From Nemertoderma westbladi (Eukaryota > Animalia > Xenacoelomorpha), in assembly GCA_032718475.1 (NCBI GenBank), contig JAUCBJ010005882.1:11281-75280 (forward strand): 64,000 nucleotides of DNA. The letters are read 5' to 3'. The notes beneath the pieces were generated by a model. The model did no database searches, had not been told where the DNA came from, and saw nothing but the letters and a program-made list of their open reading frames with translations. The first letter of the stretch is position 1; each line of letters opens with the position of its first letter. The position numbers were made by a program, and so were the translations under genes. This document shows, in pieces, positions 1 through 10,552 of the stretch.

Positions 1-7
1 AACTTAC

Positions 8-220
8 TAAGTACATCTTCGGCGTCCTCCTTCTTAACGTCCTGGAGGGGCAGTAGATGTGTGAACTGGTCCGCGTCGTCCACCAAATCCAATTCATCCA
101 CAATCGCGGGGTAATCCTTAAAACCATCTTTACGTACGGCAAACATTACCTCGATCATATATTGAACACGTTTGTCGATTTGTGAGTCGTGAAGGATTGC
201 TCGTAGTCTATCGTATATAG
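8..220 (-). CDS. CWC22: CWC22 exon 6; gene continues beyond the window's left edge
   Basis: ttcag acceptor and A|gtaag donor. Encodes AIYDRLRAILHDSQIDKRVQYMIEVMFAVRKDGFKDYPAIVDELDLVDDADQFTHLLPLQD. Confidence 0.95.
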
Positions 221-664
221 CTGAAAGGGGAATAAGTCATTGATAGATAAATATGTTGTAAGACGTGAAATTAATCTTGATCTTGAATATATTTATCATT
301 GAACTTATAGGAGTGTAAACGATAAGCCGACAAACGACAACGATAACTATGGAACTGGACCGTGTGATCTTTACTCTCGTTTATTGCTCTAATTTAGTCC
401 AATTTTAAAAAAAACACAACTAAATAAATATATAGTATTATTGTGAATTGTGATGTTGCTTTTATCCATGAACAACAATTAGTCTAGCGTATTTGATTGG
501 CTAAAATCATAAAATATGTAAATATTGGACAGGTTAAGAAAACATCTGATTTACATCATTCTGTGAAAAGTAGCACTTTTCAGCGTTTTGAACCGAGCGA
601 GTGCAGTGAGGGTTGTTTACATAAATTAACGATCAAAAGTAGGTACAACAAGATGTATAATCAG

Positions 665-1877
665 TAGGGGTGTGCCGGATATCCGGCCGGGCCGAAATTC
701 CGTCCGGATTTAGAGGAAAAAATCCGGTTCCGGCTCCGGTCGGATTTAAATTTTTTGGCCGGATTTCCATTTCAACGAATTGTTGACAAAATTTACAATT
801 AATGTAAATTTTCAAAAATAAACTTTAAAATAAATTTTCGTTTAAATTCAAACAAAAATAGACATAAGCAAATACAATGAAATACAATACAATTTTTGTC
901 ATAGTTTGTACCGTTGGACTCAGCGTTACTAGCACTTAATTTATATAATATTACACGCCCATAATTATTAATTAATTATAATTTAATAATTATGGCCCAT
1001 GTGAAGAATACCAGACTTTCTGCCGTTATATTTCACTTTGCAGTTACCCCCAAGTGAAGAATACCAGGTTTTCACTAGAAACATAGGTTACAGAAGTGCT
1101 GAATCTAACCAAAACAATAAACGAATTAGTATATGTACAGGTTATGAGACAGAAATAAGCGCTATAAAACACTTAGTGAAGATAAATTAAAAAAAATAAA
1201 AAATCTTCATATATAAAATTATAATAAAAAGTCGACCGAAAAGTGAAATCCTTGTATTCTTCACATGGGCGATAATTATTATTAATTAGCCCATAATTAA
1301 AACGAGTATGTCTAGGTATATTGTTATAAATTGAGATTAAGCTTACCACTATGAATGACCAGTTTATATATTCGACAGGCAAATTTAGAAACTCTAGTAA
1401 ATCCAATTTAACTCAGAGTGTATAAAAATACAACAGCTATTATTTCTTCGTTCTATTTTTCAATTTGCAATTTATATTATCAAATCAATTCATTATGATA
1501 CTAAATATGCATGTACAACTATTTGTAAATTAGGAAATTATTCCTTATTTGCAGCCAACCAACGCAAAACGCTCTTCTCGTCCCCTTTAGATAATTGACA
1601 TATACTTACTAATCTACTTCTGAATTCATAATATGAATGAAGTCAAAGTCCATATCACATGACCTTGCTGATCATGATTAGCACGTTAGGTTCTGTATCT
1701 GTCGACGCAGGACCTAACGCACAAAGGACCAAATGATGGGTTCCCCTTCCTCAGTTCTGTTCATTCATACAGGTACCATAGCTTATCGGGAAAAACAAAA
1801 AATTCGGATTTTTTTTACAAATCCGGCCCCGGCTCCGGCCTCGACGGTTTAAAAATAGCCAATCCGGCACATCCCTA
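665..1877. mobile_element. Non-autonomous hAT-like TIR element in CWC22 intron 5
   Basis: TIRs TAGGGGTGTGCCGGAT / ATCCGGCACATCCCTA, with an exact 8-bp TSD ATAATCAG (657-664, 1878-1885) and subterminal CCGG repeats. Confidence 0.85.
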
Positions 1878-1889
1878 ATAATCAGTTTA

Positions 1890-2172
1890 TACGGCGGGTA
1901 AAAATGCTATATGAATGGGAGATTGTTTTAGGCTCATTAAGCCAAGGAATGCCTGTTCATCACCATGGGGGATTTTCCACAGTAAACCCTTCCACTCTGT
2001 TTCCCAAGTTGCTTTGGTTCCCATTTATCGACCACCGAAGGATGAAGGCCAGAGTTGGGCTAGGCTGCAGCAATTAAAGTACTGTGCCCAAACAGTGCTG
2101 TCCACTCTAGGGATCGAACCAAGGCTTCCTAATTGGAAGCCCATGAATGTCACCTCACCACTAGACCAGGCT
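1890..2172 (-). mobile_element. tRNA-derived SINE (degenerate)
   Basis: Minus strand begins CCTGGTCTAGTGG (A-box-like), has GGTTCGATCCC (B-box), then a non-tRNA body. Boundaries are approximate. Confidence 0.6.
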
Positions 2173-2451
2173 TAACGACCATTACCGGTATATATCTGCC
2201 TACTTACGTGGTACAGATGGACACTAAAACCACCTAAAGTCCTCCTGCATACAAAGTCCCATAGCTTATAACATAATCGGTACGGTAAATACATTTTATA
2301 GTCCGGTACATGAGTGAATAAGGTTCAAAGATAAGCGGGTTTATATACCGGAATCGATTCAAATTGTATAATAAAAGAAAGAACCGCAGCGTTTCTCCAT
2401 TTCGTACCGGACTTTAGATACTTCCGTTTCCGGTACATCTCTAACACATAC

Positions 2452-2587
2452 CGTGCATTCCTCTGGGTGTGACGTCATTCAGTTTATGACCGCATTCTTT
2501 CAGAAAACCTACAGCCATTTCGACTGAGTCATTGGTTGGGTTCTCCAGCAACAAAGTTAGTATTTCCAAAGCGATAATCTCATGGGC
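2452..2587 (-). CDS. CWC22: CWC22 exon 5 (MIF4G)
   Basis: tttag acceptor and G|gtatg donor. Encodes [45 protein letters not shown]. Confidence 0.95.
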
Positions 2588-2663
2588 CTAAAACGAAACA
2601 TTACAAAGAAATATAATTAATAAAAAACATAATAAAAAATGATATTTCAATATATTATGGGTC

Positions 2664-4007
2664 AATGCCAACCATATTGATATCAGATTAATATCCCTGC
2701 TGAATATAATTCCTGTGAACAAATAAACATTGATTTGTAGTAAATTTGAGATATTAGAAATACAAATAAAAAATTAACGTGGTCCGATTTTTTGTCACTT
2801 ATGTGACACTCAGTAAATGATTAATTTAATGGCATATAAATTGTCAAATATGAGCCATTAACCCGATGTGTTAACACTCCCACTAATATTCTTCCATATG
2901 AATAAGTTAGATGGCAATTTTAGGTGGTTAATCAGTGCATATGAATAATTGCGCGAGAGTCTCCAAAATGGCCCAAAAAAGTGTCCCTTAACGGAGGTTT
3001 TTTTTATCAGAAAACGCGAACTCAAAGATTTTCAGTGAGACTGCTCCGTAAACATTTAATTGGCCAGGTTGAAGAAACTGCCCTGTCCCATAACGTGACA
3101 TGATGTCCCATACTTGACATTGTATTGGGGACAGAAGTTAATCATGGTCTAACTTACATATAATTAATGGTTAGGGGCTTACCAGTCACAGATAAACTGT
3201 AACCTGAATTGACAACAGACGAAATTAATTTATTACCAAATTAACTATTTGTGGAAAGGGTTTTTAGATTGGGACAGTAGTTGAGAGTGGGATGTAAGTT
3301 GGGAATGGAACAGGAGTTGAATTCTAGTACGGGAGTTGTTTGAAGAATTTTATGATTTGTTTTTAATTGGAAAATAAATGTCAAAATTTATAATAATCGT
3401 TTCCATGCAAATTCCGTCCTATACTATATCAATATGTCCCATACATGACATAAAAAACTGTCTATTTACATTTTCAAATTAATTTTTTTAATATAAAATA
3501 ACGGTTTTCATTTGACCATAATATGTAACATTTTTGTGTATCACATTGTTATTAACAGGAAAAAAAACAACTAGCCCCACTTTTCACGGCAAAGTTGCCA
3601 GAAAGTGACACTTTGTCTTGTCACTCTATGTATAATTTATTTTTAGTGACAGAATTTTTAAATTTTATCTCACCAGAAAACTTTCCACTTCGATCTGACA
3701 TCTCTTGCCGGACACCTCAATACCCTATTAAAGGACTGCTACTTCAATTTTTCAAGAATATGGACATAAAGTACGAAAAAAATATTTATATATTTCCCAT
3801 ACGTGACAAAAAAAATTTTCTAAATTTTTGCATTCCAGAGCGATTCTCTCAATAACGGCCAAGAAATTTGTGGGGCACTTTATGGTTTCATATGCAGAAA
3901 TTATCGCTCTTTCTAACCATGACTATGGTATATTCTCAAAGTTGATTTCAAAATTCAACAAATTTCAAAAATCACGTACGGGACATTGGTCAATATGGTT
4001 GGCATTC
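2664..4007. mobile_element. Possible non-autonomous TIR element
   Basis: 17-bp inverted repeat AATGCCAACCATATTGA / TCAATATGGTTGGCATT with internal TGTCCCATAC-like motifs. No clear TSD. Confidence 0.4.
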
Positions 4008-5119
4008 ATTGAAATTCATTGAAAACAAGTTTTCTTGTAAATAACTTGTGTAAAGGATGTCCTTAAAGCAAGAAAGTATCAATAAGTTTGAAAGTGTCAC
4101 CTGACATGTCAAGGAGCCGATGGTATAAGTTAAATAATTTGGGATCAAAACTTTAATAAAATTACATTCCGATAGAGTTAGCACAACCACCACCACCACC
4201 AGGGCACCAGCTCTACAAAATGGTGAATAATGAAATAAAAACCACCGGGAAGTTATGTTAAGATTATACAATGTTAATAATAAATTATATTATGGAATGT
4301 TTGAATCCATATCATCTCAAAATAAATTACCTCAAAATAATTATCCCTACTAATATAACTCTCTGATGAGAGTTTTAATAGTTCAATAGTTGAGAATATA
4401 AATATCGGTAATTTTACCAAGTGATGTGGGGCGAGTCAAAACTGCCACCCATCATCTAACTGTTAATAATTATACTATGGCCGTTTTCTAAAATTCTGTG
4501 TGTGTTGGAAGCTATAATATAACTAGCCATTGTATAATTATAATTGTTCGCTAAAAGACGACTTACATCTTTTGCTGCACGAAGGCTCGCCCCACTCGTG
4601 TTATAGTGCAGTAACAGGCTATCCTACTTAACCCACAGGAGTATTAATAGGGTAGAAGCGGGATTCAGTAATTAGCTTGGGGTGGGGGGTGGGGGGGTGG
4701 GTGGGTGGGTGAAAGGTTGAGTTTCGCAATTTTCCCCGCCCGCTCCGTCTATTACCCTTAAAGTATAAGGGTTAGGGATATTACTAGATGGAATGGACGG
4801 GAAGATGGGGGGGGGGGGGGGGGGGAGACAATACTAAAACAATACGGTCAGAAACCGTAGAATGGAAACATCCAAATAAAGTTAGCCAATGACAAGAGGG
4901 TTCATAGAGTACGAGTACACTGCAGTTGTGTGGTAAAACACTAAATCTCGAAAATAAGCGTTTAGAGAAAAATTCGAGAACATTTTTAAATAGTCAAGAT
5001 CGGGTGATTTTCATATCACAGGGAAGAGGAAAACTTATTTAATTAATTAATTTCCCTAATGGTTCTTCCACATTCTTGAAAACATGTCGCTTAAAGTTTA
5101 GGAAACGAACGTAACTCAC

Positions 5120-5342
5120 CACTTCCTGGTTGACGAGATGAGCCAAGAACCTAGAGGAAGACAGACTGGGGGTCTTTAGGTTCCGTCTGTAGCCTTTACG
5201 GAAGGTGAGAATCAGTCGCTTAACGACCAGTTCGCCAATCTGTGGAAACTTCGTGTTTATAACGGATACGAGAGCCGCGTAGACGTTAGTGAAGGTAGGT
5301 GAGGCTGACTGGGCCTGGATTACAGACCGGGAGAATAAACCT
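5120..5342 (-). CDS. CWC22: CWC22 exon 4 (MIF4G)
   Basis: ttccctgtag acceptor and GTG|gtgag donor. Encodes [74 protein letters not shown]. The 5' boundary assumes the most proximal acceptor is used. Confidence 0.93.
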
Positions 5343-5712
5343 CTACAGGGAAATAAAGCGGAGTTAGTGAAGGTAGGTGAGGCTGACTGGGCCTGGATTA
5401 CAGACCGGGAGAATAAACCTCTATAGGGAAATAAAGTGGAGTTAGTGAAGGTAGGTGAGGCTGACTGGGCCTGGATTACAGAGCGGGAGAATAAACCTCT
5501 ATAGGGAAATAAAGTGGAGTTAGAGAAGGTAGGTGAGACAGACTGGGCCTGGATTACAGATCGGGAGAATAAACCTCTATAGGGAAATAAAGTTGAGTTA
5601 GTGAAGGTAGGTGAGTCTGACTGAGCCTGGATTACAGACCGGGAAAATAAACCTCTATAGGGAAATAAAGTGGAGTTAGTGAAGGTAGGTGAGGCTGACT
5701 GGGCATGGATTA
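5285..5712 (-). repeat. 78-bp tandem repeat, proximal block (about 5.5 units, including the real exon-4 start)
   Basis: Unit on the minus strand is tccactttatttccctatag|AGGTTTATTCTCCCGGTCTGTAATCCAGGCCCAGTCAGCCTCACCTACCTTCACTAAC. The last unit runs directly into unique exon-4 sequence. Confidence 0.97.
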
Positions 5713-5999
5713 TATAAGCAGTAGGTAATTATTCTATAACACAATACAATCCTGTAATCCAGTGTATAATATTAGTAGTACAACAATCCAGCAATATTAT
5801 AATTAGTAATACAGCGGTACAATAATTAGGCAGAACAACCTCACTCTGCCAGCTTTACATGTAGGCCTAACCCTCCACCTGTCACACTGTACTGTACATC
5901 TGTATGTATCTCTTAACCTCAGTTCAGCCAGTCCGGTACCGGTACAACCCACATTCGTACATCCCTCTATTGGGCCATGGCCTCTTATTTCCCCTTATA
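5713..5999 (-). repeat. 3' LTR (287 bp)
   Basis: Bounded by TATAAG...CTTATA and immediately preceded on the minus strand by the polypurine tract GGGGGGAG (6007-6000). Confidence 0.75.
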
Positions 6000-6064
6000 C
6001 TCCCCCCAGTTCATTAATGAACTAATCTTGAATTGTCACACATGTGGAAATCATAATTTTACTT

Positions 6065-9000
6065 TCAGTTTATATTAATCCCATATCTCATAGGTGGTCT
6101 TGACACTCGTCCCGTACGCAATCTATAGTGCTCTCCTGGTTCTTCAACTGCGTTTGCATTGGTATAATCGACAGTTTCCTCCAAACTTTCATTTGCAACA
6201 ATATTATCTTCTTCATTTGAGCTAGATTCACTGTTACTATCACTATAATTCTGGTGTTGTACGGGTACTGTTGTGCAGTACTGAGCAGTACTGAGATTAT
6301 TTGGGCTTATCTGCCCACATTCCGCTTTCCTAATGTCTTGTATATGTCGCTTGTATCCACCTGCTATAACTGACCAAGAATCTGGAACCGCCTCAATTAT
6401 CAGTGGGCCTCTCCATTTTGTGTGGCACTTTACATGTTGTTTCGGCTTAATATATACAAATTCCCCAATTTTAAACTTATATTCCATTTCCGGTTCTGTT
6501 GCAATAACTTCCGTAACACCTGGTAATTTGGTGATATGATTTGAGGTAAGCAGTTCCCATGGTGACTTATTTCCATGTGATGCAGTCCTGTTATACCAAA
6601 AGGCAATTTGCGTGGGTTCTTTGCCTGTTCTTGCTGCCCATGTCTTAATAGTTCTATGGGATCTTTCAACTATATTCCCTTGTGGTCTATAAGTGCACGA
6701 GGTCCGGTGTTTAACTTCCCATTTTTCCAAAAATTGTTTTGTTTCTTTACTCCTAAAAGCGGGTCCATTATCAGACAATAACTCTTCTGGGGGCCCCCAC
6801 TCAACAAATACTTGCTGCAATTCCTTTATAACTGCCTCTGCAGTTTCTTTATTAACTTTACGCCATATAGTAAACCCGGTAGCGCAATCGACCATTGTCA
6901 GATATTGGTTTTTATTTTCATCCTCTGTGAAGTCAGTTGATAGTCTTTCCCACCCTCGCTCCATCTTACAAGTTCCTTTTTTCACTGCAGTAACAGGATT
7001 TGGATCTATGTATTTGCATTTATTACAGCTATTGCACACTTCTTTGACTAATTTCCTTGTCACATTCATTGTCTGTAATTCTCTAAGTGCTTAGGCTGTA
7101 GCGGAGTACCCTAAACTTTTAAATTGTGAACTAATTTTTAAATTTAATTATATTTTAACGCGATTTTAATTGAATATACTGCTGAAGACGCCCGCGAGGG
7201 TGAAATGGCCATACGGTAAATAATTAACTTCATTTTTTATATATCCACGTGGTGAAAGACCCTTCCTTGCCTTTATTAATCCTGTAATTATGAATACGCC
7301 ACGTAAAACGTTGTTCCGGTTAATCCAAAACCTAAGTTTATCGAATTCCGTATCATTGTTACATAACATTTGAGTACGATCCGTATCTGTATGAGCAATT
7401 TGATGAATCTCTTTAATTCTCTCAATCACGTGTGCTTTGTTGCAAGGAACATTGTGTGCTTGTATTCCTATTCCTGCTATTTCCCTTATGTTTTTATTTT
7501 CGTCATTCCCCTTTAACCATGATTTCGGAACTCTGGTTAAGCAATCTGCCAGGTTCTTAGCAGATGTAATTTGCTGTATTGTCACTTTTATGCCATATTC
7601 ATCCACCGTCCTCTTTAATAGCTATAATCGTCTTCTTATTAACATTTTTGATAGACCTTTTGTCTTCAAACGGTGCTCATCATTCAACATTGATTTGATC
7701 CAACCATATGCTGAGCTCGAATCTGTATATATCGTAATTGTTTTAAGACCCCACTCAATAGCAATGTTTAACCCCTCAATGATCGCAGTCAGTTCTGCCG
7801 CATTTATATGCTCAGGGTCATCGTCTTTTCTCAACCATGCTCTATCCTCGGCGACTACCCCACCAATCTTCACTAACGCCCCAATGGCTATTGTACTTGC
7901 GTCGGCCCATACTTCTCCTACGTGAGTCTTCATTATTGGCCACTGACCTTGTGAGGGATCTACTTTATTGACTCTATCTACCACCTCAATGAGTTTCTTT
8001 CTAGTGTTCTCACTGATAGGATCATCCATGCTAACTGATGATTATTGGCGTTGTAGCCACCCACATGCAACGCGCAACCAACCAGAAATTAAATAATTAC
8101 CTCGGAGTTGACCAATCACAGCCAATAATTTTCGATGGGTCACTATCCCTTGAATAGATTCTATTGTCGGTAAATCGCTGTCTCTGATCCATCGACCATC
8201 CTTCACATACACTCCCAATATTCGAGCCCCATTTTTAACCTCCACTGGTTCTTTAGATTCAAGCCCAAATTTCTTCAAATGATTTCTAACATCATCAGCT
8301 GTAATTCCAGAATCCAGGTCCACATAGACATCATCACGGAAACTTTCTGTGGCTCTCTCAATCTTCTCGTCTTGTTTTAGCACAGTCTCTACAATATTGT
8401 CAAGTATCTTTGGTGCTGGGCCCAGTCCAAAACCAAGCTTGGTCATACAATATCGTTTGTCCTTATACTCAACAACTTGGTATGGATGCAGTTTAGAATG
8501 CACATTGACCTGCATATAGGCCCACTTCAAGTCAATCAGTGCTGTCCTTTCACCCATGGTAGCCCACTTTCTCAGTTTCTCAACACTGGTAGCTGATTCC
8601 GTTCAAGGTTCATTTATAATAAATTGATTCAATTTTCGAAAATCCATTATCGGACGTACTCGATCTTTTTTGGTTCATTTTTGTACATTAGAGGAATGAG
8701 TGCTTTTGTTTCCCCGTGAAATTCTTTTAACCATTCACCCATGCCAATATCAAACTTCTCCCGTAGTTCCTGGGGAATTTTGTATTGCTTTACTCTATTA
8801 GTCAGTTTGTCTGGGTTTTGTCCAGTGATGAATATATACTCTGTTTCCCATTATATTGAGATTGTAATCAAAGCTTCAGGATTAATATTTCCAACTGCAC
8901 TCATTAATTGTAAATTTGGGACTGAATTAAACAGCACACTAACAGTGTCTTTCGGCCCACATTGAATGGAGATCCCCCCCATTTTTTTTATAATGTTCCA

Positions 9001-9342
9001 TCCTATAACTAAGTCTAAGCCCCCAACCATGTCTACAATAACTAAAAATTCACATTTAGGCAAAGTGACATTATTAATTCTAATTTGTGTTTCAATTGTC
9101 CCCATAATCATATCTGTTTTTGTACCATCTAACATTGAAATAGTGTTTCCAGCCATCTTTCGATCTAAAATCCCATTAATCCTAGCACTACATTTATGTG
9201 AGACAATCGACTGCCTACAACCAGTATCTATTAACCCATCTACTGCAATTCCACCACATTCTGCCTTTATAATTGGCAGATCGCCCATTATTTTAGGGAA
9301 ACGGCCACTAGCGCATATGCCGTTCCCCTCTACTCGTTTCCC
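6065..9342 (-). pseudogene. pol: Retrotransposon pol (protease, RT, RNase H, DDE integrase) broken by stops, frameshifts and an insertion
   Basis: Protease LIDTGC (8851-9288). RT IDLKWAYMQ, LGFGL and FRDD (8042-8557). RNase H WADAS, AAEL and YTDS (7622-8029). Integrase STDF, SDNGPAF and VERSHRT (6065-7069). Confidence 0.92.
7094..7332. mobile_element. About 240-bp secondary insertion in the integrase zinc-binding region
   Basis: Non-coding block separating H..AH (7400s) from C..C (7030s) of the integrase HHCC motif, flanked by CTTAGG...CCTAAG. Confidence 0.5.
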
Positions 9343-10330
9343 TAGCTCTGTAGCCTTCCACTTGGCCGCATGGAACTATCTGCTCCAGTATGTTTGCAGT
9401 ACAGTTGCGAGCTATGTAGTCTGGTCCTCCACATCTAAAACAATTACTGGCAATCGAATCCCTATAGTTGTGGTAACTTGATTCTCCCCAACATTCTCGT
9501 GCATAATGTCCACTTTTTCCACATCTGAAGCAGTTAATCCCAAATCCTTGGCCTCGACCCCGGGATATATTTACTTGCCCTCGGCCAATTCTGAAATTTC
9601 CTCCATCTCTACCACGACCAGTTGTAAGATTGCCTATCTCTCGTCCCCGACCGAAACTTGTCCCATCTCGCTCTCGATGGAAACTTCCACCTCCTCGGGG
9701 ATTTTGGAAATTTCCAGGAAATCCTCCAGCAGCTCCAACAGATCCAATTGGATACGGTAGGCCGACAACTAATCCCCCTGCAGCTCCTACGGTGCCAGAA
9801 TCCTTATGTTGTTCTGACAATAATCTGCGGGCCTGAACAATTAGATTGTTCAGTTCCAATCCATCAACTAAAGCTTTGACCTCCCCAGCTATCCTTTCAG
9901 GAAGAACACTGACGAACTGCAGAGCAATAATTATATTAGCTACAACTGTCTCTACCGCGTTTAGTTTTATTTCATCAGACACTAATCCAAACAGTCGTTT
10001 TAAATCGGCTAGGTACGTATCCGCTGCCTCCCCATCCTGCAGTTTCCGTATCTTAAACAGTTCGTAGGCAGTATACTCGCTAACAGCAAATGCAGATATT
10101 AATGCCTTCTTTATTAGGTCACAATCTTGCTTTTCGGCGTTAGATAACTGACTCACTACTTCATACGCTGACCCATCTAACGACAATCGTAAATAAGTTG
10201 CCCGCGCCTCCTCTTTTAATCCAGCCTCGACCACTAATACATCATAAGTGTCATTAAATATCGCCAGCCACTGACTCGGATCTGTACTACCATTATACTT
10301 CTTAACATCATCTGAGAGTTTTGGAGCCAT
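9308..10330 (-). CDS. gag: Retrotransposon Gag with CCHC zinc knuckles
   Basis: 340-aa ORF containing CFRCGKSGHYAREC and a degenerate second knuckle CFRCGGPDYIARNC. The C-terminus is probably frameshifted. Confidence 0.88.
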   Translation of the reverse strand: MAPKLSDDVKKYNGSTDPSQWLAIFNDTYDVLVVEAGLKEEARATYLRLSLDGSAYEVVSQLSNAEKQDCDLIKKALISAFAVSEYTAYELFKIRKLQDGEAADTYLADLKRLFGLVSDEIKLNAVETVVANIIIALQFVSVLPERIAGEVKALVDGLELNNLIVQARRLLSEQHKDSGTVGAAGGLVVGLPYPIGSVGAAGGFPGNFQNPRGGGSFHRERDGTSFGRGREIGNLTTGRGRDGGNFRIGRGQVNISRGRGQGFGINCFRCGKSGHYARECWGESSYHNYRDSIASNCFRCGGPDYIARNCTANILEQIVPCGQVEGYRARETSRGERHMR

Positions 10331-10333
10331 GTT

Positions 10334-10345
10334 GCCCGGTTAGCT
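10334..10345 (-). promoter_or_regulatory. Putative primer-binding site AGCTAACCGGGC
   Basis: Directly abuts the 5' LTR. Its complement GCCCGGTTAGCT resembles the first 12 nt of eukaryotic tRNA-Lys (GCCCGGNTAGCT). Confidence 0.55.
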
Positions 10346-10552
10346 TATAAGATATAATAAGTAATATCAATCGTAATATCATTAATATCAATCACACACT
10401 ACTCCAGAATCAGGTTTATATTAACTCCTGCACTCAATACACCACCGGTAGGCCTACTCAGTCGTTCCACCCTAACTATCTACCTGTTTTAATTTACCGC
10501 CACCTTATATATATCGCAACTCAACCCACAGAGTCTCTTATTGTACCTTATA
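10346..10552 (-). repeat. 5' LTR (207 bp) with TATA box
   Basis: Bounded by TATAAG...CTTATA. TATATATAAGG at about 10513-10503 on the minus strand. Followed by a 15-nt leader and the gag ATG. Confidence 0.7.

Larger units (their letters stand above)
5713..10552 (-). mobile_element. Ty3/Gypsy-type LTR retrotransposon, decayed, inserted in the 78-bp array
   Basis: Domain order gag-PR-RT-RH-IN. 5-bp TSD GATTA (5708-5712, 10553-10557). Termini TATAAG...CTTATA. Confidence 0.92.

Noticed and set aside
4358-4375. CTGATGAG as a hammerhead core
   Set aside because: There is no downstream stem II plus GAAA arrangement. It is just a short hairpin.
5752-5762. CTGTAATCCAG in the 3' LTR is the inverse of the target-site sequence CTGGATTACAG, hinting at guided insertion
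   Set aside because: A single 11-nt match could be chance or a local templated insertion, and there is no second example to support targeting.
10334-10345. tRNA gene
   Set aside because: Only 12 nt resemble a tRNA 5' end and no cloverleaf follows. It is treated as a putative PBS.
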